DNA of 64,000 nt from contig JAUPSS010000004.1 in the NCBI GenBank assembly GCA_040285825.1, forward strand, positions 806,001 through 870,000, read 5' to 3'. Numbering within the stretch: position 1 is the first letter of the stretch; the number at the start of each line of letters is the position of its first letter. The notes beneath the pieces were generated by a model. That model was not told the DNA's origin, made no database searches, and saw only the letters and a program-made list of their open reading frames with translations. The DNA is from Eukaryota sp. TZLM1-RC (Eukaryota; Protista; Metamonada: BaSk clade). The position numbers and the translations under genes are program-made. Below are positions 25,036 to 38,783 of the stretch, one piece after another.

Positions 25036-26683
25036 ATAAAAATTCTGCAACGGTTGATAATCGTACACACTTAATTTATTTTTTCAGTCCTCCCATGTTT
25101 TATTTTTGTCAACGACAGTATTTTTTTCGAATATCATAAGCACAATGAAAAACAACATCTTCTGACAGCGTGGAAAACGTTTAAATTGGTTAGTCCTTTG
25201 GTACATCTTTTGTATGGCAAGGCGCCTCAACTCGGGAACTCAAGATAACGAGAATGATATAGAGCAGGTTTAATTGGCTCTTACTTCTTTTAAGCCTAAA
25301 TGTATTAACATTTCTTCGGCCTTTGTTCAAAGTTTTTATACTTTAATCAAATATACTTCAAAAAATTCGAATAAGCTGAGTTCTAATGTTGCTTATCTTG
25401 TCTGTTTATGTCTTTGAACTGGTTGAGGCTATGAACACTGTGCATTGGATCATCGTCTATGGACGAAAAACATCAACAAGAGAATCAACAAAATTGACAA
25501 CTCTGAAGGCGGTCCTTTTTTCTTATTGAAGTACGATATGTTCTAAAATTGTACAAGGAAAGGAGGTGAGATTTTGAGTCGTTTTCACTTGCCCGAAGAT
25601 GTGAGTTCTATGACTGTACCTCTGTGGTTTTCATTTTCAACATAAATTTTGTATCTCACCAATCATTTACCACTTCCAAAATGCTTCTCTTAACTCATAA
25701 TCAACCTCAGCATAACCTTACATCCCTTAAAGTTGATCTCAACTTTACCCTCTTGAAAGCAGAAAAACTCAATTTCATTCTGCCAAAGTTATCTTTAACA
25801 ATTCATCACAGCCCAGTGATGTCGTTGTGAATGCATTAAAAGCTAATTACAAAAGGGTAAAGGACTCCGAAAACCCCCATTTCAGTTCTCCTTAATGTTT
25901 ATTTTAAAATAGTATTTGGTTTGATTAGTGATTTGCCTAACAAATGAAAACAGAAAGTCAACTTTTTTTAATTGAAGTTTTTGAGTACTAATTGATGTTC
26001 ACCGTTGATGTAAGGAGAAGTATAAAATCTACCATCGTTCCAACTAGCATGGTTAAACAATTGGTGACAGTCGACATTCATCTGATTCAAGACTGCAGAA
26101 TATGGAAAACAAGGCCAATTGTAACCATCGTAACTTACTTCATATGTAAAATGTCCAACTTTATGACGTAAAATCTTTAAAATTCTTCAACTGGATTGCT
26201 TTCTGGACAGTAGGCCGGTAACACGTAATAACCTCAACCTGTTTTACACACCACTTGAATGAGATCACCTGAAATGTGGATTTTACATCCATTTAGTAAT
26301 ATTGCAGATCTAGGTCCTCCACGTGTAAAGCATCAGCCATAATCTGGGAAAGGTTTGTCATGTCTTAGGATTACCAAAAATGGAGAAGATTTGTTTAATT
26401 AGAATACTAGTGATCCCTTCTGGGATGGAAGTGTTGTTCCATCACAAAGCTTTAGATTTGGTTGACTCTTTTTGGCAATATCTATGGTATCTTGGTAGCT
26501 CAGCAGAGCTTCAACACTAGGATTAGGGTTAGGGTTATATCAATTTATAATCGATCTCGCAAAGCTGGGTTGGATCATGGTTCAGGGCGGAATAGTGCTT
26601 CAGTGATCACACATAGCACAAAAGATGCACTTAAGCCACAAAACTATACTGTTGTGCACATAATTATTCTATTTTTCTCAGAA

Positions 26684-28290
26684 TTACATCCGCTCAGGAA
26701 AATCAGATTTAATAACTTCAAAAATTGCTTCTCGCTTTACAGAATTAAAAGCATTTGTAAAGTCGATATTAAAAATAAAATTATTTTCCTCTGAATTAAA
26801 AAAAGTATCAGAGGCAATAGCAGCAACAGAAGCACCATCAATTGTTTTGATTCCAAATTGATGAGGATTCAATAATGTAGAAGCTTTGTCTTTGACACGA
26901 TCGAAGACAATTGATGCCAGCAAACGAGAAAGAGATTCACCAACAGCAATTGGGCGTATTCCATCAAGTTTAATTCCATTACCAGGCTTTACTAAAGCAA
27001 TCAGACGTGCAGCTGACCATTCAGGCATCAACATTGCGCAAAATTATCACCAATTTTGTTGTATGTGCAAGTCCAATAGAATTGAATCCTTTTTGGAACC
27101 TCTGTTGTTTTAAAAAGTATAAGAAATTTCCACCTCCTAAAAATGCTGCTTTACATATAATCGAAGATTTGGTGAAACCTATTCCACCCAAATCAGCAGA
27201 ACAAAAAACATGACTTCAAATCAAAGATCCCTTCTTTTTTAATAAAGAAAAAAAATTGACCTGCAGTTTGTTGAAAGATCTGCAAAAATTAAGAGATACT
27301 GAAGGCGTAGTTGACCTTAAAATAAGAGTGAATTTCCCAGAATAACAATTTTAAAATAAAAACAGTTGATGAGATCAACCGTAGCTTTGATATGATCAAT
27401 CGATATACCAGAAAGCCCGGCAGACTTTCCGCGTGGTTGCTTTTTCATCACTGAAAATACCTCTGATGTCATCAATGGATGGATTTCCCAAAAATCTCCA
27501 TAATAATTTTGATCCATTATTGGGTTTTCCAATGGTTGAATGATCTTGAGTTTATCTACAATTTGTTGTTTATTGGGGGCTTTAACTCCTGGATTTCAAT
27601 TAGACAAAGCACTTGTTGTCAAAGCACTTATCTTCAAAAATTTTGCTCATTTTCTCAGATGACAGTTTTTTCGGTGCATTATCAGTTAAATCTTCAGAAT
27701 TATTTACGAAATTTTGTTCAAAATGGGTACGAAGTGAACCAAAAAATTCCCAGAGAATATTGATAGCATACTTTCCCTAACATAATTGATCCAAAAATCT
27801 TTTAAAAACGAAGGCAAATACATTGCATTTTGACGGATGTATTTCTTGGGGTATTTTTATGGGAGGATGGTAATTATCAACTATGTGACATTTCAAGCAT
27901 CGATCAGCAGTTTTACTTTTCGTATTTTTTGTGCAGGGAACACCACATCTACTGCAAACTTTGTGCTCGATTCGATTGTTAACTGGTTTTGTAACAACTG
28001 GTACAGATTCATTTATTGATTTTTCTTCAGATTCTGTTCTTCTAATAAACTTTCTTTTGCATTTTTTTTGCAGAATTTGCAACTTCATTTTTACAACATT
28101 GGGACACGTTCGAGCATCAAGTCCCTGTTTTCGGAATTGAGAACATTTGTGAGAGCGTTTCTTCATTCTTGAACAAACTTTATTTTCACCAAGATTTTCA
28201 GACATTTCTTGATCAAAATTTTTTTTAACCAAAATTGAAGAGAAAAGAGGGTGGGGAGGAGAAGCGGAAAGGACGTCATCAGCAACTTTT
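26684..28290 (-). mobile_element. 5' half of a degenerate non-LTR element (family D, related to A)
   Basis: Decayed knuckle KCSQFRKQGLDARTCP, CSRC...CLKC, GKSAGLSG, ARLIALVKP..IRPIAVGE..QFGIKTIDGAS..IDFTNAFNSV; breaks off inside the RT. Confidence 0.88.
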
Positions 28291-28499
28291 GTTTAACTCA
28301 ATAGAATTTGAAATACAATTATTGAAAATGTAATTCTTAATAAAAATAAAAATAATGTGAAAAATGGCATATCAATTGTTAGCTGAACTTGAATAAAAAA
28401 ATGAATTTTTTGAACATGAATTGTTTTTGAGCACATCAATATGCAAAGAGGTGTCAATGTGGGAACCAATTTTATAAGAAACGTATACTTCGACCCAGA

Positions 28500-28790
28500 T
28501 TAGTAATAATCACCATGAATTTTCTTAATATTGAAAGGAATAACCAAAATGATGACAGGTGAAACTATATTGTAGATCAAAATGATGATCCCTAAAGCAA
28601 CCCAACTAAACTCCAACAATTCTTTCCGATCGATCAGGGAATTTATAGCTATGTGTAGAAAAATAATTAGTTTTTTTGTGAAAGAACTTTGCAAAGTACA
28701 TTCATCATATTCGATCAGTGTTAGTTTTCTGAACGGGTATCTGGGGGAGGATGAGAGGAACATGAGACACAGGTGGCCTTTCAATTCTTC
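28500..28790 (-). pseudogene. Remnant of the RCC1-repeat gene family
   Basis: DNA and peptide similarity to 35320-35670 and 63240-63580 (aattcc..gatcgatcggaa.gaat..ttggagtttagt; PFNIKKIHGD versus YDIKEIHGD). Confidence 0.5.
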
Positions 28791-28919
28791 AACTTTTTAG
28801 TTCTAGAGCATTAGTTTTTTTAGATTTTACTTTACATGATTGTATTCTTTGTACTAGATTTTTAATCGATTCGTCTATCTGATAATCAATGTTCTGTTTA
28901 AACGAATTACAATTACTAA

Positions 28920-29430
28920 TTCTATTCACGGTAATTCGTTTTAATTCAACACCAAAAGCTAAAGAGCTTCAAAACTCATCGTTAGCATTAATTGAAAAAT
29001 TCAACAAACAATTCTGTGTGACTTAAATAAAGAATTCATTATTTTTGAGCTCAGTTTTGTAAAAATATTTTAGAACTTTTAAATGCAATTGTGAAGCTTC
29101 AATGATGCCAAAAAGAGTAATAACAAAAAACACAAACTTTTATTTCACAAGTTTAAAGCTACCCCATTGATTTTAATAAATATTTCTTCATATTTCTGTA
29201 TTTTTTTCAGCGGAGGATGGTGACGACTCAGCAGAGTACACCAAATGAGTGGCAAAATTTTCACAAACATCGACTGAAGCACATCTACAACAATAAAAAA
29301 CACCGCAGAGTCCTGGAGCAAGTAAATCTGCTCTTAAATAACCACATGAGTCGAAAGTTTTATCTGGAGAGGGCTTACGAACTAATGGAATAATAAAAAT
29401 TTCAATGTTGTTACTTTTGAACACATACTC
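28920..29430 (-). mobile_element. 3' remnant of a family A-like non-LTR element
   Basis: IFIIPLVRKPSPDKTFDSCGYLRADLLAPG...SVDVCENFATHLVYSAESSPSSAEK aligns with the element A endonuclease region. Confidence 0.85.
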
Positions 29431-30512
29431 ACTATGAGAGATTCGCATCTTGTTTTTTCGTTAATGGAGATGCATTTTTTTGTTGTTGATTAATATGTTT
29501 GCGGTGGTCTGTTAGGTTGAATAATAATCCACCTCAGAATCCATCTAGACTTACTCATCCAGGAAATTTCTTTGACTTAATTCTTTCGATTTCTTTGGCT
29601 CCAATCGTGGATCTTTCTGTCAACTCCTTCTCTTCATCAACCTATGCCACTTTCCTTCCAATAACTATTGTTGGTATCTACTTTTGGTGAAAAATTTCCA
29701 TTTATACCACTTTGCGGCACAAGTTACTATATCTCGCTAGCTGAAACACTTTTTTAGGAAAATTTGTCAACGATTCGGCCTTCTTTGATGGAATGGTCTC
29801 ATTCAAACTGTGTAATTGTAAAGACAGTCTTAATCTCAACTATGAAGCATCTTTTTATAGATGTTCGTTAAAGGAATTCGTATAAGATATTTTAGACGGA
29901 ATATAATGTTTATTATTATTAATATAATGTTTATTAATTTATTTTGTACTCAAAATGTACATGTGAATCAGCTGTACAACATGATAACTACACAAGCATT
30001 CAGCTGTGTTGCTGAAGGAGCTGATCTTACATTGAGTTGATGATACTATCACCTTCAGCACAGTACATTTTCAATTTTGATCTCAAGGAGTTGTATTCTC
30101 GTTCTCCCTGTGATACTTCCATTGTGATGAAATAAACGATGAACCAGACACTGGTAATTCAACCCGTCGCTGGATTCACAGACTGGGCGGATTGTTTTGT
30201 AGGAGGAACAATAACCTGAAGTATTGTAAACTGATCTTCAGGACATGATATTGACCGAACAGGTCTGTGATTGCCAGTCTTTGATGAAATCAGATAAATA
30301 GGGGTTGTTCAATTGATCTTATAACATGTCAAAAGTTAAGAGGGGAATTTCAGGAGGGAATACATCTTGACTGAGTTTTTTATTATTCCATAAAAATTTT
30401 AAAATATATTTCATTTTGAGTCATGATTACGTGTCACCAACTCATTTTGAAACTTACATTTAACCAAATGAATTCATACCACCCACAACCACATCAACCA
30501 TCTCTACACATC

Positions 30513-31949
30513 ATGTCTTCACACTCTAAACACTCCTGCCCTGAAATCGATTCTGCCGATATTGAACTAGGCAAGAAGATCGGCCAAGGAGGCTCTGCTA
30601 TTGTCTACTCTGCCAAATGGTTCTGCCTCGCTGTTGCCATCAAGCTCGTCTTCCTCACCGACGAAGGGAAAGCCAAACTCAAGAAAGAAATCTCTCTCCT
30701 CTCCATGTTGAACAGTCCTGCCATCCTCCGTGTCTTCGGAGTCACCTACATTGACGGTAAGATCGGCATAGTAATGGAGCTTGCCACTTCCTCTCTTAGC
30801 GTTCCCTCTTCTTTAACAAACCAAAATCTAGCCATTGCTAAGGAACTTTGCTGTGCCATGAAGGTCCTCCATTCGAAATCCGTCATCCACGGTGACCTCA
30901 AACCACAAAACATCCTGCTCGTAAATGGCCAAATTCGACTCGCCGACTTTGGTACTTCTAAAGTAATTGCTGAGCATACTGTGAATTCTTCTTCTCTCAC
31001 CTTTACCCCCAAATATGCTGCTTTAGAGGTTTTTGATAATAGAATAACAGAAACTTCTGATATTTATTCTATTGGCGTAATTTTATATGAATTACTTACT
31101 AATAAAGTAGCTTTTGAGGGTTTAAATACTCAATTTTCTCTATTGGGTGCTAAGTATCAGGGAAAAGAACTTTCGTTTGATCAAGAAGATCCAGAAATTT
31201 TGAAAAATTTGGTTAATGATTGTATGTCCAGTGATGCTTCAAAAAGACCAACGATTGACCAAATTATTCATCAATTGAGTTTATTAGAAAATTATTCTGG
31301 AGAATTGCCTTTGCTAAATGAATTTCATCCCAATTTGAGATTAAATTGTCAAAATTGTGCTGAAAAAGACCAAATTAATGAGGAGTTGAGCCTAGAAAAT
31401 GAAAATTTCCGAAAATCTATCATGGATTTAAATCAGACAATTCAAGAATTAACTCAGGAAATTCAAAGTTTACACCAGGCTCAATCTAATTCCGATGAAT
31501 TTAACCAAGAATTAACACTTCAGAACTCTAATCTTGTCTCTAGAAATCAAGATTTAAGCCAAACTCTGCTTGAAAAGGATCAAGAAATCAATAATAGAGA
31601 TCAATTAATAAATGATTTGAGAATAGAAATTAACGATTCAAATTCCAAAGTTGATGAACTTTCCCAAAAAGAGACGGAATTAAAAGAACAAATTAATTCA
31701 ATCCAAATTTGCCATAATAACATTGCAGAAAATCAGAATTTTGGTAATCCTAACCAAATATTAGCTGATGATAGTTCTTCTAAGGAGGACCAAGAAGAGA
31801 TTGATAGTAGTGATTGTGACCAAAATTTGGAGGGTGGGTTTGAAAATTTAGAAGTCAAGTCAAGTGATGATGCTACGCCTGAGCAAATGTTTGAAAAAGC
31901 AAGGCAATTTTACAATGATGAAAACTACCAAGAAACAGTTATTTTTTGG
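30513..31949 (+). pseudogene. TKL-like protein kinase plus coiled coil plus start of SEL1 repeats, 3'-truncated by a retroelement
   Basis: GQGGSAIVY, VAIK, HGDLKPQN, DFG, TPKYAALE, SDIYSIG; long coiled coil; DQNLEGGFEN...PEQMFEKARQFY matches the linker and first SEL1 unit at ~395-520. The rest of ORF 30423-32045 is antisense retroelement sequence. Confidence 0.88.
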
Positions 31950-32945
31950 AAGTCAGTCAACAAAGTTTCTGCTTCAACTGATAATCTTCCGTTTATCGAA
32001 AATGAGAAAGATCAAAAACTAGCTGTGTATTTCTATCAGCATTAGCTTCTTCAATATCTATACGATATTTTCTATGTTTTTCTTTTGCTTTAAAATCCAG
32101 AGCAGCCACAGGATTAAGTTTTCTTCTGTGAACCAAAGTATCGTTTGCAACATTACATGAGACAAAGTCAACAATAGCTTCAGAATTATCAATCCAATCA
32201 CAGTATACATCACCTCTATCATCAGAACCAAAATTATTCAGAGAAAATGTTTCCTTCAGCAGGGGCTCTTTGAAACACGATATCCTTGCAGTTTGTGCCA
32301 TATTGAAAACAGTGTCTCTAACAGCATCATGTAATGAAGAACGATAAGTTATCAATTTAGAACAATTCAGAGCATGGTGCAAAGTGTTGAGGTGAATTCG
32401 AACAAATACATCTTTCTTTTGATAATTGATGATTAATGTGGATATTCAAATATAATCTCATTTTTGTTACAAACGCTTCATTAGTGGCACACAATCCAAA
32501 TCTTCGTGGTACAATGGTTATAAAAAGTGAAGAATATGAGGACTTATTTTCACAAACACCCTTTTTCAATAACAATGAGTAAAGATCTTGATTTAAAACA
32601 GCCGAGCTGCAAATATTATTATAAAGATCTTTTTCATACATTCCAGTCAATCTTTTCTGTAATGTTCGAAGAGTGTATTCTAAATTTAAAACATTCTTTT
32701 CTGGAATATTGCCATTGAATGATTGGGGAAAACATCGACCCCATTTTTCTGCATTAATATTTGAAATTTCTTCATTTAATGCAAAAACAGTGGAACTTTG
32801 CGTTGCCATCAATAAATCTTCCCAATCTGCAAATCTTTCGGAAAACTCAAAGATTGCATTTCTGCATCCACCAACAAAAGCACACCAAGTAAGAATAGAA
32901 GCCTTCGTCCACCCTAAACCGCCATAATGTGGACTAAGGTAAGCA
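31941..32945 (-). mobile_element. Internal fragment of non-LTR family B
   Basis: LSPHYGGLGWTKAS...KWGRCFP...MRLYLN...CICS...HALNCSK...HDAVRD...RGDVYCDW; highly similar to 60655-61340. Confidence 0.92.
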
Positions 32946-34505
32946 AGTATAAGTTGAAATAAAACATATAATTTTCAACAATTTGATTAAGCAAGTTTAA
33001 CAATTGTACTTAACATGTTTTGCTTTTTGAAAAAACATTTCGAAGTACCAGATCTCAATTTGAATTTAAGTGATCATTTGATAAAATTTCTCTTCGTTGG
33101 TTTTTAAATGCTAATTAATCATCATTTTTATTGAATAATATTTGATTAAAACTGAAAATAAATAAAAGTAACATTAATAAACAAAGTTATTTATTGAATA
33201 GACTACAGTACTTTATAATCTTCTACTTCTTGAGCTTCTGTTAAGCTTTCTTTTACAATCTTCTATCCTTTCTGCAGCATCTTCATCACCAGCATCCTTT
33301 TGTATATATGAATTCAGAGCATGGTGCAAAGTGTTGAGGTGAATTCGAACAAATACATCTTTCTTTTGATAATTGATGATTAATGGGGATATTCAAATAT
33401 AATCTCATTTTTGTTACAAACACTTCATTAGTGGCACACAATCCAAATCTTCGTGGTACAATGGTTATAAAATGTGAAGAATATGAGGACTTATTTTCAC
33501 AAACACCCTTTTTCAATAACTATGAGTAAAGATCTTGATTTAAAACAGCCGAGCTGCAAATATTATTATAAAGATCTTTTTCATACATTCCAGTCAATCT
33601 TTTCTGTAATGTTCGAAGAGTGTATTCTAAATTTAAAACATTCTTTTCTGGAATATTGCCATTGAATGATTGGGGAAAACATCGACCCCATTTTTCTGCA
33701 TTAATATTTGAAATTTCTTCATTTAATGCAAAAACAGTGGAACTTTGCGTTGCCATCAATAAATCTTCCCAATCTGCAAATCTTTCGGAAAACTCAAAGA
33801 TTGCATTTCTGCATCCACCAACAAAAGCACACCAAGTAAGAATAAAAGCCTTCGTCCACCCTAAACCGCCATAATGTGGACTAAGGTAAGCAAGTATAAG
33901 TTGAAATAAAACATATAATTTTCAACAATTTGATTAAGCAAGTTTAACAATTGTACTTAACATGTTTTGCTTTTTGAAAAAACATTTCGAAGTACCAGAT
34001 CTCAATTTGAATTTAAGTGATCATTTGATAAAATTTCTCTTCGTTGGTTTTTAAATGCTAATTAATCATCATTTTTTATTGAATAATATTTGATTAAAAC
34101 TGAAAATAAATAAAAGTAACATTAATAAACAAAGTTATTTATTGAATAGACTACAGTACTTTATAATCTTCTACTTCTTGAGCTTCTGTTAAGCTTTCTT
34201 TTACAATCTTCTATCCTTTCTGCAGCATCTTCATCACCAGCATCCTTTTGTATATATGAATTCAGAGCATGGTGCAAAGTGTTGAGGTGAATTCGAACAA
34301 ATACATCTTTCTTTTGATAATTGATGATTAATGGGGATATTCAAATATAATCTCATTTTTGTTACAAACACTTCATTAGTGGCACACAATCCAAATCTTC
34401 GTGGTACAATGGTTATAAAATGTGAAGAATATGAGGACTTATTTTCACAAACACCCTTTTTCAATAACTATGAGTAAAGATCTTGATTTAAAACAGCCGA
34501 GCTGT
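32364..34505. repeat. Tandem repeat, 947/948-bp unit, about 2.3 copies (family B fragment + spacer + SEL1-gene 3' end)
   Basis: aattcagagcatggtgc recurs at 32364, 33311 and 34259; the units are almost identical. Confidence 0.95.
33180..33300 (-). pseudogene. Last codons and 3' UTR of a SEL1-family gene (repeated at ~34128-34248)
   Basis: Reads DAGDEDAAERIEDCKRKLNRSSRSRRL*; downstream agaagattataaagta.tgt.gtctattcaataaataactttg matches 1258-1300. Confidence 0.85.
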
Positions 34506-35319
34506 ATATATATTAACCAACATAATAACATAATTGGAACCAGGAATAGCTAAGTAATTCTAATATACCCTTGAAACATGACTTCTATTCAAGGAATTTC
34601 TAGAACAGATGGTTTAACAATGACAATAAGTATTTCAAAAAGAATTCAACTAAAATCAATAATAACGTAATCACCAATGTTTCATAAATTAATTACTCTT
34701 GCAGGGTTACCATTGGAACCGAATTCCAAGCTTTGAAGGCATCAGTGTTTCATTTTGATGATCATGATCTTGGAGATCATAGAATTTGAAGTTTTTGGTT
34801 AGCTTGGAAGGAGAAATGTGACTCAAATTGAAATTCATTGAAAAATTGTAATTGTGGGAGATTAACTTATGGAGAATCTAACACTTCTCAACAATGAGTC
34901 ACAGTCAAGATCGCGATGACATCTCTCGTGCTACTTCCACCCCTTTCCGCCACTCAAGAGGACGTCATGGTCAGGGCTCCACAAACCCTTCCTTCGATCT
35001 CCTATATGATCCTCCTGTTTCACTTCAAACAAACAGAAGAGCAAGCTCAACTATCTCGGCGCAAATCATCTCCGATTTCTGTTGTATAGCCTATCAAAGA
35101 ACCAATGAGGTAAGTCTTTACTGACGAAGAAGAATTACGTTTAGAACTTTCACCGCTTCCATCAATCGCCCTTCAAAGTCACGTTTGTCATGCATTGCGT
35201 CTCAATGTACCTCTCATCCTGCCCCAGATACACGTTCAGATTTTAAACTAGAATTGATTGGATATGATGGAGGTCCTCTACAAAGTTCTTTCTCAATGAA
35301 CTAATCATTTCTCTACAAA

Positions 35320-35670
35320 TAACTATGAATTCCCGATCAATCGGAATGAATGCTTGGAGTTTAGTCCATCTAGTTTTCTTTCACCTTTTCTGGTTAGGTT
35401 TATCTTGGGGAATACAAATGAATGTCTACGTCAATTTACTGGAGTCAAAACAATCAATTTACCAATCAAACTACCCTTACATGAAGTAGCTTCCGTTTCA
35501 GCTGGTCGTGATAACTCTCTTGCATCTTTTTCTTTAGGTAAGTTGTATCTTTTGGGTTTGATTAGAGATTACATTTTGATATACATTATAGCTTCCCAGT
35601 GCAGGTTATTGTCACCAATTTTTTACGATATTAAGGAAATCCATGGTGATGATCTTTCGTTTTGGTCGTA
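35320..35670 (+). pseudogene. RCC1-repeat remnant
   Basis: LPIKLPLHEVASVSAGRDNSLASFSLGKLY matches the RCC1 blade pattern and the gene at 63.1 kb. Confidence 0.6.
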
Positions 35671-35791
35671 GATGAAGAACAAAACTTTCCGATCGATCGG
35701 AAGTTTCGAAAGTGACGGTACTCTTTAGGTTGTTTTCATAAATCTGATATTTCAAACTTCAATTATTGTTGCTATTGGGACTCTGATTGAT

Positions 35792-35911
35792 AGGAAGCTT
35801 TAGCTAGACAGCAAGCAGATCAAGATTTTTAGAGGAAATCTTGGTTCAATGATAGTCATCTCATTAGTTATGAGTTGATTTAATTAAGTGTGCAAATTCA
35901 ATAAATATTTT
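35792..35911 (+). mobile_element. 120-bp 5'-truncated family B retrocopy with TSD
   Basis: Matches 61445-61560; flanked by ggactctgattgat (35778-35791) and ggactctgatggat (35912-35925). Confidence 0.85.
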
Positions 35912-38597
35912 GGACTCTGATGGATCAAAATTCATTGGTTTTTAATTTGATGTTTATTGAACAACTAAAAGTGCTTCAGTTTTTGAATTAAAGTTTTTGT
36001 AGCCTGACTTATTTCTATTAAGCCTAATCAAATCAATTCATTTTATTTATGTGTATGTTTTGAAAGTCCGCTATTTTGCTTTTGTTGTACTTTTTCTTTT
36101 TTTCTCTTGTCGCAAAGTTTTCAAGTTTGATCACTCAATTTTACTTTTTTTCATCTTTTTTGTTGCTCTTTGGACTTTCTCAAATGTATGTTTGAATTTA
36201 TTAGTACCGAGTTTTTTAATATTTGTCTATTGCTCTAGAATCTCATAGCACAAAATTTACAACATTTCCATGCAAAATATTGAGAGTAATTCTCTTTATT
36301 TAGAGTTTATGTTCATCATGACATAAACGATTGAGTAATCATTAATCATTCAGTTTTTAACTGTTTGAAATTGATTACAGTCAAGAAAGTTCCAATTTCG
36401 TGTATTTGTATAGTCTACATGAATTTGGGTCTTTACCTTTTTGTTGTTGATTATAGTTGGTTTGTTGCTCTTGATTAATTCTCTTCTCACTTGCTCTTGA
36501 AACTTTTTATCGTTTCTTTGCGTTTCCCGAGTTGTCTCAAAGCGTTCATTAAGCCGTTGAGCACCTGGATCTGAGGAATTTTATGGAGAGAGACTAGTTT
36601 TGAAAGAGTAGCTGTCAGGGTCAGAGTAATTTGGATGATTTATTTCAATGAAATAGTGAAGTATAATTATAGATTATATTTTAACACTTTAGAGCCAGAA
36701 GAGCTGGAGTGAGTTTGCAATAAGTAAGCTATTTATCGTCCTAAATATTTTGAACCTTCAGTGATTGATTCATTCCTATCAGTTTGGTGAGGGATGTTCT
36801 AGTTGGCACTGCAATGAAGTTCAGGGCATTCTCTGTCGAAATGGTCAGGTAAACCAAAACCAAAATCAAATTGATCAAGAGGCCAAGATTTAACAAGATA
36901 AATTTGTCTATGGCAGAGTCAATATCTAATCTAGAAAATTCCAAGCTTCACGAAATACTATCACGTTCTTTTAACAATTCAGCTAGGCAATGAAGCAACG
37001 AGCAGATCCATATCGTTTATGGCAATGGTAAAGTTACTCTTCTGAAGTGACTAGGAAATTTCGCCAATCCGAGAGATATATAAGAAAATAGCGTCTCTGT
37101 ATCACCTGCTGCTCTTTTGAACTCATTAGATGTCTCCTTCGGAATCGCTTCCTTTCCTTCTACGGTTTTGAATCATGCGCTTGGATGAACAGGTTTCAAG
37201 GAAAGAATGTTCAAGTTCGTTCCATATTATTTCAGCTATTGTGTTTGTTAAAAAAACTGCGATCCAAAGTTGTTTGAACAGAGAAATGTTCAAACAAAAT
37301 TAATTCGAAAAATAATAAAAGTTCGAACAGTTTTCAGAACAAACAACAATTTATTGGAAATTATCTAAATGGCACTTTTTTAAATTAACTATTAAACAAC
37401 TATTCAAGGGCTTGCTTGCATGCATCAATGTTTTTGCGAACATGCTCCCATCCACTTAGAGTATAGTTTTCCTCATTCGCTTTCAAATGCTTAAATGCAT
37501 CAATGATCCAATGCCCAATTTTTGGTTTTACGGTTGTTGCCAATAAATATAACTTTACATCATCTATAGCTACGTTGTTGTGTAACTGTTGGGTAATGTC
37601 TACGGTACAGTATATGCTAAACAGATGTTAAACTAAAGTTTCTATTGATATTGGAAGAATCAGTATGGTGATCAGATGTGCTCAATGGATTTACGAGGGA
37701 TTTGGGAGGAGAATATGTAGAGGGTGAACCGTTTGTTCATGAAAGTTTGTTTAGTATGATCTGATGAAGGGTCGACGTTGGTAGAGTGTGAATTTGTGAT
37801 GTTGATTGTATTGATTCTATAACTACGAGAACGTTTATTATTATCACCACTAAAACTATCGAGACTACCACGCTCGTTTTTCGTAACTGTTGATCTTTTG
37901 CAATGAGGGTGGATGCATTCTTGAACCGTAAAGCACAGGTGTCAGAGGAAGATTCAGCGGTATGTATTTTATCCATCTACGCTGGTAATTGTGAATATTT
38001 CAATCCATTTCGACTTTGGATAAGGTGAGTTTGGCAGTGGCTAGATAAGGAAACTGAGAAGCGAAGAGGATGTTTTCCCACAGTTTTTCATCGTTTATCT
38101 GGTGCAGTTGGGGGCCAGGTATGATAACACCTTCAAACATTGCAAGGGTAGAGATTACATCAGTGTCGACACATGAACTAATGACAGCTGGGTTGATTTT
38201 GGCACCGGCTCTGACAATGTCCCATTCATGGGCTGGCTCATCGTAGCGCTCATTGAGCGGAATGTAGTTTGGATGATGAGTAGCTCGATGTGTACAAGCT
38301 TTGTGAGTTTCTGTGAGCTGAGTGAGACAAGCGATTTCGTTAGTGAGAGCAACTTCTCGAGTTTATTGGGGTCATATTCGAAGTCGTGGGAGATACTATC
38401 ATTGTTGGCTCAAAAGATGAAATGGTTTATGAAAGCAATGACCTTGCCAGTGTTGGAAATCATGTCTTTCTTGAGGCGAGGACGATTACGATCGGATTGG
38501 GGTTTCTTGGTCCGGTCGTCGTACAAACTACGAGACGCTTTGGCTATAGCGGCGAGAACTGCATTCTGAGCAGGGAGACTAGCACCATAGACTGTTT

Positions 38598-38783
38598 TGT
38601 TGGGGCAACAAAGGGATGCATCAGGTAATAAACTAGGAAACAGGGTGTTTATTACAGCGGGTGTGAATAATCAGGAGAATTTGAACAAGAGTCTAGATAA
38701 ATAAGTGATGACGTAGCATCAGGTGGTACTGTAACTACTAATATACAATAATAAACTATAACCTATATTGGCATAAACCTACA
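38598..38783 (-). repeat. 3' LTR
   Basis: Adjacent to the polypurine tract; 8 substitutions relative to the 5' LTR by manual count. Confidence 0.95.

Noticed and set aside
26517-26537. Telomere-like TTAGGG tract near the family D element
   Set aside because: Only about 2.5 perfect units, ~150 bp from an internal breakpoint rather than a true element end; too weak to claim telomere targeting.
31950-32045. C-terminal 30 aa of ORF 30423-32045 as a genuine domain
   Set aside because: It is the antisense strand of family B retroelement sequence.
37270-37297. 11-bp hairpin ttgtttgaaca-gagaaa-tgttcaaacaa as a Helitron end or TIR
   Set aside because: It is AT-rich, with no CTRR terminus or partner end found.
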